From positions 13,330,001 through 13,394,000 of the forward strand of contig OX597837.1 in assembly GCA_951406725.2 (NCBI GenBank): DNA of 64,000 nucleotides, written 5' to 3'. The position numbers and the translations under genes were made by a program. This DNA comes from Octopus vulgaris. Its lineage: Eukaryota. Under the pieces are notes generated by a model. That model saw nothing but the letters and a program-made list of their open reading frames with translations, had not been told where the DNA came from and made no database searches. Below, in pieces: positions 25,140 through 36,596 of this stretch (positions are counted from its first letter, which is position 1; the number at the start of each line of letters is the position of its first letter).

Positions 25140-26200
25140 AAACATAGGGGTATATGAAATGCACCCCAATTTTATCAGTGCATATTCAAGAAAAGAAAAA
25201 AGTTTTTAACCACATTAAAGCATGTAAAATAGGTGCAACTTGACATTTGGAACCAAGGTGATCTTATGCTGACATGTTTTGGGGGAGAGGGAAATGCGTG
25301 TATATTCCAATGGCATTCATTCGATATAGCTCCAGACATTTCACTTTGGGTATTTCCGTGGGTTGTGGAGGATAGATATACCTGTTTCATGGGTGGATGT
25401 AAAATCCGCAAATTTCCAAACAGAAAACAGAATCGAACTGTCATTTGCTTCCACGGAAATACCCGAAGTGAAGTGTTTAGATTTTGTCGAGTTATATCGA
25501 AAGAATGCTATTCCAATTGCATTCTTATCAATACGATTTTAATGAAGTATACTGGCGGAATACTGGTTTTAAGTACCCTGTATAACTCCTCATAAGTTTT
25601 TTTAATTTTTTAGAATTTTCAAAGAATTTTTGCAAATTTGTGTTTATACCATTAGGACAAAAAAAGTTATTTAAAAAATGTTTTTTACCTCCCCTCCAGA
25701 AAGCCTAAAAGATTTTCGATTCTTTAAAAAAATCAGAATTTAAAATACGAATAGTGCGAATTCTATGCTTAAATCTCAGCAACAGACCACCCTTGGGTGC
25801 ATCATCATTCGGCGAAGGTAGAGATCATGGGATTTTTTTTTTTTACAGGAACACCTATATCGAGGGTGGAGATTCCGAATCTGGAAAAACAAAAGCATTT
25901 TAAAAAATTTTTTAAATGGGGAGTGGGGTGGAATTAAAATTTCGAAATGCGTTTTTTTTTTTTTTGCAGATTCGGAATCCCCGCCCTCGATATAGTGTTC
26001 CCATTAAAAAAAACATCCAAAAGGGGGTGCGGTCCATGATCTTTACCTCCGCCTCATCATTCTTTTGGGGGAAGAAAAATATTGAAAAACATCAATGCGT
26101 TAGAGTGACAAAGAAACCAGAAAGGTATAAGATGGTCGTGGGATATGCTAAGAATAACAGCTAAATCGTTCTTAAATCACACAAAAAAAAATTGGGGTGC
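25140..26200. mobile_element. Foldback-like non-autonomous DNA element (Tc1/mariner-like) with nested inverted repeats
   Basis: IR pairs at 25848-25883/25967-26001 and 25811-25830/26034-26053; GCACCCCAATTTT (about 25161) pairs with AAAATTGGGGTGC (about 26187); Tc1-like end TACCCTGTATA at about 25574-25584. Confidence 0.45.
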
Positions 26201-26426
26201 TTCAACCAGAATTCCACAGGTATATTTCACATTGCAAAACTTGTTAAAAACGAGAGATCCCCTCATTTTAATATACAAAGATAAATCAAATAGAAAAATT
26301 GTAAGGTATGACTTCACATTTTAAAGAACATCAATATGAATTCTGTTTCAACAAAATATTTTTAATTGATCAAATCTGGGTAAAGTTTGAATTATAAAAG
26401 GCAATTTTCTTTCTTTAAAAATATGT

Positions 26427-27878
26427 TTAGTAATTTCCGAAGTGTTTAATTCTGTAAAGTAAAGCCTGTCCTTTGTTATTACCAATAGTTAAATAACCAC
26501 TATTTGGGGAAATGTCCAGGTGCCGAGGATATGTTACGTCCGTATCTAAAGAATCGGGGAAATTTCTGAAAACAGTCATGGAAGGTAAATGAATTAATTT
26601 GACACCTGTTTCTGAATGGATCGAAGTTGCAGCAAGGAATTCGTTAGAATGATTAAACAATAATGAATCACATTCTGTGGTGAGGTTCATAATAGCCTTT
26701 TGAGGCCGAGGAGTTGACGAAGTCAGACACGTGTCGACATCGTAAATATTAACCACGCCTGAATCCGAACCACAGGCCAAATATTTGTAGTTGGGCGACA
26801 CACTGACAGCCGTACCATTAACGCAGCCATCGTCGTAGAATCTGTGAATACAACACCGACTGTTCATGTCCCAAACGTAAACTTGACCATCACTTCCGAA
26901 GGAAAACATTCTGTCGCCGTCTTTGGAGAAAGCTGCTGCATCCACGCTCCCGTTCATTTTAAGACTCGTAAGATATTCTTTGGAATTTGATGAGACTAGA
27001 TGCATGTAACCATACTGTCCAAAAAATACTATGTACCGGCCATCGGGTGACAGAATAAAGTCCGACAATTGGTTGTTATCCAAGGAATTAAATCGTGGAA
27101 CTCTGATGAGTTTGGCTGCCTCCATATCAAAATAAGAGAAATAATTGTATCCAGAACTTAAAACGATCTGAAGACCATCACGGCTGAAATGACTGTGTTT
27201 TATTGGAAGACGATCGACAAAAATCGTGTGAATTTTCCGGTTCCTTTCTCCATCGATTTGGAAAAGGTTGAAACGACACTTTCTGCCAGCCGTCATAAGA
27301 ACGGTGGATTTCGGGTGGAATTCCGAGGCCGTCAGGTATTGGCTTGGGTTGTCACGATTTGCATCCGTGCATTTCTTTAATTGGATGGTGATGCTGGAAA
27401 GAGACGACGATTTGGATAAGTAATTACCGGTACTTTGTAAGAGTCCAATTCGGTTGTCATCGAGATTTCCATCATCGTCGGAATCACTCGTCTGTTTTGA
27501 CGAACGTTTTCGTTTCTCTGTATTCTTCAATTTGGCCCATTTTGGTGTTTCCAACGAAAGCTGATGCGAAGCTCTCACAACAGTCACATTGTTTTCATAT
27601 TCGGCCTCGTCGTCCAAATCTTCCCAAGCAGCTTTTCTAGTAGCCGGAACATCATTTTCAACGACCTTGTGTTTCTTGGATTTCTTCTTTGGTTGAAAAC
27701 TCTTCTCAATTTGGTCAACAACCAAACTTTCGTCTCCGAAAACCACGTGCTCCAGGTGACGCACTGTTTTATTTTTACGTTTTTCCGCTTTATATCGCGA
27801 TTTAGAAAGTTTGTGAGATTTCGGCTTGTCCAATTGATCGTCCACCACAGTTTGCGTAATTTCTTCCTCTTTCTCCAT
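26427..27878 (-). CDS. UTP18: U3 snoRNA-associated protein 18 homolog (WD40; SSU processome UTP-B complex), single coding exon, 483 aa
   Basis: Uninterrupted ORF with acidic/basic N-terminus, AAWED.DD, EFHP....MTAG, LFQIDG..N, KMNG, GSDSGVVNIYD, HLPSMTVFRNFP and SPNSGYLTIGNNKGQALLYRIKHF, all characteristic of UTP18. Confidence 0.93.
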   Translation of the reverse strand: MEKEEEITQTVVDDQLDKPKSHKLSKSRYKAEKRKNKTVRHLEHVVFGDESLVVDQIEKSFQPKKKSKKHKVVENDVPATRKAAWEDLDDEAEYENNVTVVRASHQLSLETPKWAKLKNTEKRKRSSKQTSDSDDDGNLDDNRIGLLQSTGNYLSKSSSLSSITIQLKKCTDANRDNPSQYLTASEFHPKSTVLMTAGRKCRFNLFQIDGERNRKIHTIFVDRLPIKHSHFSRDGLQIVLSSGYNYFSYFDMEAAKLIRVPRFNSLDNNQLSDFILSPDGRYIVFFGQYGYMHLVSSNSKEYLTSLKMNGSVDAAAFSKDGDRMFSFGSDGQVYVWDMNSRCCIHRFYDDGCVNGTAVSVSPNYKYLACGSDSGVVNIYDVDTCLTSSTPRPQKAIMNLTTECDSLLFNHSNEFLAATSIHSETGVKLIHLPSMTVFRNFPDSLDTDVTYPRHLDISPNSGYLTIGNNKGQALLYRIKHFGNY

Positions 27879-27880
27879 TT

Positions 27881-28027
27881 CTGAGGTTTAAATTATTTTA
27901 AAAATCAAGACAATAATTACAGGAAAAAACAATCAGAATAACTCAGCCTAAGGGCAGATAACTACTGCTAAAACAGGAGAGTGTTACACGTCAACGGTGT
28001 ATGAATATATGAACGGTGAAAATGTAC
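27881..28027 (-). other. Candidate 5'UTR intron of UTP18 (147 nt)
   Basis: Donor CAG|GTACAT at 28027 and acceptor CCTCAG|AAATG immediately before the start codon. Confidence 0.4.
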
Positions 28028-28479
28028 CTGATTGAAAAAACGGCCGAGACCGGCTTGATTGAATATATTCATTATTTCAGTCTGATACATTTTAACCGAT
28101 TCCTATTTGTCGCAGCGTTAGATAAACAGACATAAAGGGACTTAACATAAACGACATTGGTTCCTGCATTAATGTATCATCGATTTTTTTATTATTCAGG
28201 GGTTTATATATATTGCATGTTTCAATCACTGGATTGCAGCCATGCTGTTACATTGCCTTCAACGGCTTGGACAAACGAATCGACCCCAACACATTTTTTC
28301 CCAGCTTGATACCAATTCTATCGGTCTCTGTGCGGAACCACTAGGTTTTCGGGGTATAAACAAGCCAACTTCTGTTATCAAGCGGTGGGGAGTGGGGTGG
28401 ACAAATATACACATTCGACGTCTTAAAGGGACTTTTTCCAATGACGAAATCCCACACAAATTAGCGTTTAAATGAAACA

Positions 28480-29590
28480 CAAACACTAAGGCTATGACAT
28501 CAGATATCTTTACATTGTTAGAGCTACTTCTAAGGCGGCAACATATACTGACAGTTAACCATGAGTATAGCAAAGAATTTGGTGTTCAGGTAGGGTTTAA
28601 TCAAGGCTCATTTTCTATCGTTGTCCTCCAGGCCATAACATAGGAATTCAAGACCAGCAGCCTCTGGGAACTACTGATGATCTTGTTCTCATAACAGATT
28701 CCATATTAGAGCTAGACAAGAAATTCCAGGTGTGGAAGCAAAACCTGAAATCTAAGGCATTCAAGGTTAACTTAGCAAAGACTAAGGTCCTAGTAAGCCA
28801 GAAAACTGACTGGACCCTACTCTGCTAGGTAACCCTGTTCAATTTGTAGGAAAGGTATTGGCAGGAACTCTTTATGGAATACTCAGTGTAAGCTATGGAC
28901 ACTCAAGAGGTGCAGTGGATTAATAGGAAAGTTATCAGAGAAAATAGTTTCCATAAGTGGAAGATGCAGAGGATCCATAAAAACTTTGGAAACTCAGGAA
29001 ACTGATTCTCTCAAATTCTCTGGAAGCTCATTAGAGGTAGTAGATAATTTCTGCTTCCTAGGGGACCAAATTATTAGTGGGGTGGGGATGCATAGAGAGT
29101 GAGATAGCTAGAATAAGTATAGGAGGGAGGAAATTCAGAGAGGTGTGACCTCTGTTTCTCCAAGTGAAAGGAAGATTGTATGGGGCATGGATATAGACAG
29201 CAATTCCATATGGTAGTGAGACGTGGGCCCTGAATGCAGAAGACATGCAAAGGTTAGGAAAGAATGAAGCTAGTCTGCTCCCCTGGATGTGTAATGCAAG
29301 AATACATGTTTGACAGAGTGCTAGTGTTTTGAGAGAGAAGTTAGGTGTAGGAGGAATTAGTTGCTGTGTACAAGAGAGAAGACTGCACTGGTTTGGTCAT
29401 GTGATGCGGACGGATGCTGATAGCTCCATAAAGAAATGCCGATCTCTCAAAGTGGACGGAACACATGGAAAGGGAAGACTTTGAATGAAGTACAGAAGAA
29501 TGACCTCAGGACGTTAACCTTTCAGGCGAGATGACAAATGAGTGAGATGCCTGGCACCTTGCTGTGCTCAGCAAGACCTGTCCTTCACTG
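28480..29590 (+). mobile_element. Decayed RTE-clade LINE fragment
   Basis: Homologous to 5245-6310 (KVNLAKTKVL, CSICRKGIG, LHWFGHVMR), with stops. Confidence 0.85.
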
Positions 29591-29655
29591 CAGAAGTAGT
29601 AGTAGTAGTAGTAGTAGTGTAATGGTGGTGGTGTTGTAAGTTGTTGTGGTGGTGG

Positions 29656-29831
29656 TGGTATTGTGAATAGCTGTCCAGTTGAATAAATAATGCACTGTTC
29701 ACAAGTAAAGCAGTATTAGATCAAAATAGCCATCTATGTATCATATTTAATGTATATACACCAATAACAGACAGGTTACTGCAGTTTTTCTTTCTAATAT
29801 AATATCTCTATGAATGTGTTGTGTGTGCCAC
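29656..29831 (+). repeat. 176-bp direct repeat, second copy at 37167-37342
   Basis: Near-identical sequence TGGTATTGTGAATAGCTGTCCAG...GTGTGTGCCAC at both loci. Confidence 0.85.
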
Positions 29832-30429
29832 TGGAATGGAAGCTAGTCAAGCGGCACTGGCATCGACCATGTTCTACGTTCGGATGGTGCTTTTTACATG
29901 TCACCGGCACAAGAACCAGTTGGTGGCGGTTATTGTTGTTGTTGTTAAGCAACAAGACAGGTAAGGGTGATTAGGTGATGGTCTAGGGCTTAGGGGCGGG
30001 AGACCCCAGACCTTGAAAGAAAAAACTTTGGTCGTCTTGTTGTAGTCGAGGGCTCTTCGTTGACGCTCGACACCACTGGGAGGTGGTCCTCGAAGTTGCT
30101 GGAAATGGAGATCTCCAGGTCCAAATTCTTGGACGGCAGTGGTGAGTGATGGAGATGGTAGTGGTAGTTGAGATATTATAACAATGGCAACGGTACCAGG
30201 TCTTAGTATTTCTAAAGCAGTGATTTGGCAGAATTGTTGGCGCGTCAGACAAAATGCTTAGCGGCGTTTCTTCCAAGCTTTTTACACTCTAAGATCAAAT
30301 TCTGCTGAGGTCAACTTTGCCTTTCACCCTTTCAGTTTTCGATAACATAAAGGACAAACCAAGTACTGACCTGACCCCCGCCGCCCCCCTCCCCACCAAA
30401 TTTTAGTCTTTGTACCTGAGTAGATACAA

Positions 30430-30772
30430 GTGATTGGAGTAGTGGTGAGAGTGATAGCGGTTACAGTGGTGGTGGTGGTGGAGATAATTGTTGCAGCAGC
30501 AGCAGTAGTAGTAGTGATAATAGCAGTTGTGGTGGTAGTGGAGGTGGTGGTGATCATGGTGGTAGTGGTTGTGGTAGTTGTAGTAGTAGTGGTGTTGGTA
30601 GTAGTAATAATAATAGTAGTAGCGGTGGTGGGGTGTAGTAGTAGTGGTAGCAGTTTAAGTAGTAGTGGTAGTAATAGTAGTAGTGCAATGGTGGTGGTGG
30701 TGGTGGTGATTGATGGTGGAAGTGGTGGTGGTGATCATGATGGTAGTAGTTGTGGTAGCAGTAGTAGTGTTG

Positions 30773-30804
<32 letters not shown>

Positions 30805-31039
30805 GGTGGTGGTGGTTATAGTGGTGGTGATGTACTGAGAGTAAGAGTTGTGGAGGTGATGGAGATGAAATGGTATCAGCTGTGGTTGTGTTGTTGATTG
30901 ATATCTCAGTGGCAAGGTGAGTGATTGCAGTTGTTGCGGTGGTAGTATTAGAAGTGGTGCTGTTTACTGTTGCGGTGGTGATCAGTAGGGACGAGCCAGG
31001 TGGCAGCAGTGGGCAAATGGAAATGGTGGTGGTGGTGAT

Positions 31040-31083
<44 letters not shown>

Positions 31084-31110
31084 TAGTAGTAGTCACAGCA
31101 GTCTGCAAAC
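30430..31110. repeat. Compound trinucleotide microsatellite (GTA/GGT/GCA)n
   Basis: Direct inspection; it generates the spurious poly-V/T/S/H ORFs. Confidence 0.95.
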
Positions 31111-31430
31111 AGTAGCATTTACACACACAGACACATACATATATACACATGTGTGTGTTGGTGTATAAAATCTAATCAAAAAATCAGAAATGCTTAATTA
31201 ATCCAAATATTTCGCATTACTAGATAGAATCAGGAGAGTAAAACTTTAAAATTCCTGAAAATTACACAAATTCAATACATTTCATATAACAACTTTGGTT
31301 CTAAACACAAACACACAATAAATACAGAAACCTAAGGAGGAAGATTTCTTGGAATTATTTGAGAGATTTTCTCTGGGCATTTCTTGTATATTGGAATTAG
31401 TTTGGTCGAGAGAATATAGCTAATGGTTAG

Positions 31431-31625
31431 AACGAGGGTGAGTCAAAAAGTAATGCCATTTTGTTTAGGACAGGTATAATTACCAACACAGGGACATGTA
31501 TCATACATCAAAATGAAGCTGGTCCTCTGTGGATCACATCCCTATTGCTCAACATAGTCACCGTTTCTTTCAATAGCAATGTTCCACCTTTGAATGAGAG
31601 CATGTATCCCTGACCTATAAAATTG
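31431..31625. mobile_element. mariner-type terminal fragment
   Basis: Starts ACGAGGGTGAGTCAAAAAGTAATGCC, a mariner-like TIR; includes CAACATAGTCACCG. Confidence 0.55.
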
Positions 31626-31974
31626 TGGTTCTTGCCAGATCCTCTGGCTCCTGTGCCGGTGGCACGTAACAAGCACCCACTACACTCTCAGAGTGGTTAG
31701 GTTTAGGAAGGGCATCCAGCTGTAGAAACACTGCCAGATCAGATTTAGGGCCTGGTGCAGCCCTCTGGCTTCCCAGACTCCAGTCAAACCGTCCAACCCA
31801 TGCCAGCATGGAAAACGGACATTAAGCAATGATGATGATGATGATATGTATATATATATATGTATGTATGTATATATATGTATATATATAGATCCTTGTC
31901 TCTCATTCTTTCTCCTTTTTATGCCACCAGCTCCTGCCAATCCCTAACTCTCCTTTATATTGTCTCTTTGTCCC

Positions 31975-33395
31975 ACAGGTTTGACACTAACTACACAAGT
32001 CCACCAGGGCTCTGTTCTCTGTCTCCTTCTGTTTGTTATAAATTTCCATACCATTACAGAAGAATTTAATACAAGCCGTCTACGGGAACTTCCGTATACC
32101 ATTGACCTATTTCTGACAGCTGAATCAGTTAAAGATTTAGACTGGAAAATCCGAGCTCAGAAACAAAATCTCCAATTGAAAGTTCTCAAAGCAAACCTAA
32201 TAAAGACCAAATTTTCAGAGAGCAGGAAACGAGACACACCTTTTGCCGGCTGGAAGTGGATACTCAAGTGGTACAGATGAATCAAAAGTATGATGACAGG
32301 AAAAGTAGTCTTCAGATGTGGCAGATGTACAAGAGTAGTTAACACTAAAAGTACATCATCATCATCATCATCATCGTTTAACGTCCGTTTTCCGTGCTAG
32401 CGTGGGTTGGACAGTTTGACCGGGGTCTGGGAAGCCAGGAGGCTGCACCAGGTTCCAGTCTGATCTGGCAGTGTTTCTACAGCTAGATGCCCTTCCTAAT
32501 GCCAACCACTCCGTGAGTGTAGTGGGTGCTTTTTATGTGCCACCGGCACAGGTGCCAGGGGAGGCTGGAAGCATCCACAATCGGTTGGTGCTTTTTACGT
32601 GCCACTGGCACAAGTATCACAACTATGATTTCCATTTGATATTTATTTTGATGTTGATGTACTTGACTCAATAGGTCTCCTCAAGCACAGCAGGTCATGT
32701 GCCACTAGCACAGAAGCCAGTCAAGGCAGCGTTGGCATCGGCTACGTTCAGATGGTGTTTTACGTGCTGCCGGCACAGGTGTCATAACTGCAATTTCCAT
32801 TTGATTACATCTATTTTAAAGTCATTTCAATGCTTAAAAGACTCTTTAAGCCACAGAATTGCAAAGCAAGTTTCTTATTCACACAGTTGTGCCCATTCCT
32901 TAATAGAGATTATAGTTAAATATACACATGAGAGAGGAAACTGGGCCTAAGAGTCATCAGATGTGGTGTGAGGAGAGAGGCAGCTGAACTGGTATGGTCA
33001 TGTGATGCATATGGATGAGGACAGCTGTGTGAATAAGTGCTGATCTCAAACTGTGGTGGGAACTTGTGGAAGAGATAGACCCAGGAAGACATGGGATGAG
33101 GTGGTGAAGTATGATCTTTGAAGAATGGGTTTCATGAAAGAAATTACAAGTGATCATGGCCTTTGGCGATTTGCTGTGCTTGAAAAGACTTGTTGAGCCA
33201 AGTGAGATTGTAGTCGTGGCTGGTGCCAGGGACATGTGAAAGGCACCCACTACACTCTTAGAGTGGTTGACATTAGGAAGGGCATCCAGCCATAGAAACG
33301 AAACTGAAACAGACTAGAGCCTGGTACAGCTATCTGGCTTACCAGTTCCAGTCAGACCAGCATGGGGAACAGAGACTAAACGATGATGATGATGA
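31975..33395 (+). mobile_element. Fragmented RTE LINE with an inserted minus-strand RTE tail (32355-32770)
   Basis: VHQGSVL.LLLF, LPYTIDL, KANLIKTK and WYGHVM motifs, ending in a (GAT)n tail. Confidence 0.7.
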
Positions 33396-33641
33396 CACAT
33401 GTGTGTGAAAGAGGATGTGTAGGTTTAGTATGGGAAAGTATATATATATACATACTTATATATATATATATACACATATAGGTACAGTGTGGCTGTGTGG
33501 TAAGAAGGTTGCTTTCCAACCACACAGTTCCAGGTTCAGTTCCAATGCATGGCACCTTGGGCAAGTGTCTTCTTCTATAGCCTCAGGCCGACCAAAGCTT
33601 TGTGAGTGGATTTGGTAGATGGAAACTGAAAGTAGCCCATC

Positions 33642-33691
<50 letters not shown>

Positions 33692-34322
33692 GTTTGTGTG
33701 TCTGTGCTTATCTCCCCACCATCACTTGACAACCGGTGTTGGTGTGTTTACATCCCCATAACATAGCAGTTCAGCAAAAGAGACCAATAGAATAATTATT
33801 AGGCTTACAAAGAATGAGTCCTGGGGTCGATTTGTTTGACTAAAGGCGGTGCTCCAGCATGGCCACAGTCAAAAGAAGCAAAAGAATAAAAGAATGTATG
33901 TAGAGGTGCATGGTTTAGTGCTTAGGATGTTGCGTTCGTGATTGTAAGATTATGGTTTCAATTCCTGGGTTGGGCGATGTGCTGGGTTCATTTCACATTA
34001 CTTCTCTCTACTCAGGTGGCAGAAGTGAGTAAACCTGCGATGGACTGGCATCCCATCCAGGGGGCAAATGTATACACCACAGAAACCAGGAAACCTTCTA
34101 TATAATGGCCTATGGTTCAGGAAGTACTTTGTGTGTGTGTGTATACAGAGATATGTATGCAAGTGTATACATTTCTGGAGTGTTGAGAGGTGGGTGTGGA
34201 GGTGTATCTGTGCTGTACTAAAATAAATAATTACTCACCACTTATGTACTGAGTAACTTTTCCTCTGGTTTCTAAACGTAAGCAGACATAAGTGTTTCTC
34301 TTTTCTAATTTTTTTGTAGAGC

Positions 34323-34674
34323 AAAGATTGTCTGTCAACATAACATGGCAGTCCTGGTTTAGGACGAATGTTACTGTAATTTAGCCCCAGGAGACATCGT
34401 CTCCAGCTGACTATATGACATGATCTGTGTCCTTATATTTTCAAACAAGGGAATTTAGAACAAGGAAATCTGTGCTGATGATGAGAAATAATCCAGAAAT
34501 CGCGACACACAGATATTGTTTTGAGCTGAATGGGTGTGCTAGACTCCCCTGTTTGAAAATATAAGGACACAGATTGTGTCGTATAACCAGCTGGAGACGA
34601 TGTTTCCTGGGGTTAAATTACAGCAACATTCGTCCTAAACCAGGATTGCCATGTTATGTTGCCAAACAATCTTT
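34323..34674. repeat. Long imperfect inverted repeat (~136-bp arms 34323-34458 / 34539-34674) with a hammerhead-like motif in the spacer
   Basis: Arms are reverse complements with mostly transition mismatches; the spacer contains ATCTGTG-CTGATGA-...-GAAA-TCGCGA-CA-CACAGAT. Confidence 0.85.
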
Positions 34675-36242
34675 ATTCCAAAAGTACTGTTGCTGAATAT
34701 CTCTCGTTGTGAGATTTAAAAATAGTAATTTTCTAATCTTCTTTTTTTATTGAGTAGGAATCCATTCCGTTTGTTTCCAAATTGCAGTTCTTCCTTTTCT
34801 TCTCTTTTTTGAATGGGAATATATACAACAAATAGACTTACATAAACGAACACACACACAGATAAACACACTTCCTGAATATATATTTATAATTTTCAAA
34901 CATTTCAGATATTTTCCTTATTTTTGTTTCATTCTTTTACTTGTTTCAGTCATTTGACTGCGGCCATGCTGGAGCACCGCCTTTTTAGTTGAAGAAATCA
35001 ATCTCTGGACTCATTCTTTGCAAGCCTGGTACTTATTCTGTCAGTCTCTTTTGCCGAACCACTAACTTACATGGACGTAAACACACCATCATCGGTTATC
35101 AAGCGATATTGGTAGGGGACAAACACACACACACACATATGTGTGTGTGTGTGTGTGTGTATCCCACACTGATAGGAAAGCCTTCTTTTTTCTGTCAAGG
35201 GCTTATATGCCCTGTTATTAGACTATTTTCATTAGTCATTGCATGGTGATTGCCACAAGCTTTAAACTTACATAAAAATGCCATTATTATTATTATTATT
35301 ATTTACAGGATGAGTGCAGATATGGCTTACAGCCGTTTCCAGTAGTCATTATAGATGGTGATCCTATTTGTGCTGGCATCACAAAAGAAACATCCAGTAT
35401 ACTATGTAAAGTTGATGGCACTAGTAAGGGCATCCATCTGTAGACACCTCACACACCTTAGCAAAACAGACACCAGAGATGAACACAGCCCTTAAACAAG
35501 TCAGATTGTGTTGGGCTGTCCAATCCATGCCAGCATGGAACATGGATTTTAAATGAGGATGACAATATATACACACACACTCTGGTGATAATCTAGCCTG
35601 GAAATATACGATGTGTTATAAGAAGCTCATATGAAATACACGGAATGTATGTCGTGTTGATGTATTTATTAAAAACCAGGGTCATTATATATGTTTTTTA
35701 AAAATAAGCTGAAACTGAATTTTAATAGATACATTGACATCACATACATTCCACATATTTTATATGGACTTTCTACAATACTTAATTGCCAGGCTAAGTT
35801 ATTACCAAAGTTCATTGACCGAAAGTTGTATATTCCGTCAATAATTATTAACATGCTTTCTATACTCAGATACAAATATTATGGCATCTTCTCTGAGGCT
35901 TTGGACTGGCAAAGATTCTAAAGCATTGGAAAAATGCTTCATGGCATTTCTTCCGGCTGAGTTCAAATACTCCCCAAGGTTGACTTTGCCTTTCTTCCTT
36001 TTGAGGGTCGATAAAATAAATACCAGTCGAGTATTGGAGAGTGTGTGTTTGATGATCAAGGAAATCTGGTTTGGAAAGTGATTCATCATAAGAAAATGTA
36101 GTAAAAGACCAGCTTAATTCAGCTTGAACATGGGTAAATATTCTTTTCTGCTCTGGGCACGAGGCCCAAAATTTTGGGGGAGGGGGCCAGTCAATTAGAT
36201 TGACCCCAGTACACAACTGGTACTTAAATGATGATATATATA

Positions 36243-36320
<78 letters not shown>

Positions 36321-36353
36321 CTTTATTTTAAGCAGCAGAAAATTCAACAAAAT

Positions 36354-36391
36354 CTGTTACTCTGAGTTTCTCATTGCCGTTCATCAGACAG
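36354..36391 (-). ncRNA. Minimal type-I hammerhead ribozyme motif (mirror copy)
   Basis: Minus strand reads CTGT-CTGATGA-ACGGCAATGA-GAAA-CTCAGAG-TA-ACAG. Confidence 0.55.
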
Positions 36392-36407
36392 TTTTTTCTA
36401 GCAAAAA

Positions 36408-36445
36408 CTGTCTGATGAACGGCAACGAGAAACTCAGAGTAACAG
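36408..36445 (+). ncRNA. Minimal type-I hammerhead ribozyme motif
   Basis: CTGT-CTGATGA-ACGGCAACGA-GAAA-CTCAGAG-TA-ACAG. Stem I is CTGT/ACAG, the CUGAUGA and GAAA core is intact, the cleavage triplet is GUA (after 36441), and stem III is quasi-palindromic. Confidence 0.65.
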
Positions 36446-36546
36446 ATTTTGTTGAATTTTCTGCTGCTTAAAATAAAGCATATTACTCTACCACTGGTAT
36501 TTGAGTACTCTTTTTTCCACCTTGTTTCACATTTATGTGTTTACTC

Positions 36547-36596
<50 letters not shown>

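Larger units (their letters stand above)
36321..36478. repeat. Near-perfect palindrome with 76-bp arms and a 6-nt loop, between (TA)n tracts; probable Penelope-type terminus
   Basis: Arms 36321-36396 / 36403-36478 differ at one position. Confidence 0.9.

Noticed and set aside
30324-31150. Poly-Thr/Val/His/Ser ORFs
   Set aside because: They are trinucleotide microsatellite artefacts, open in many frames on both strands.
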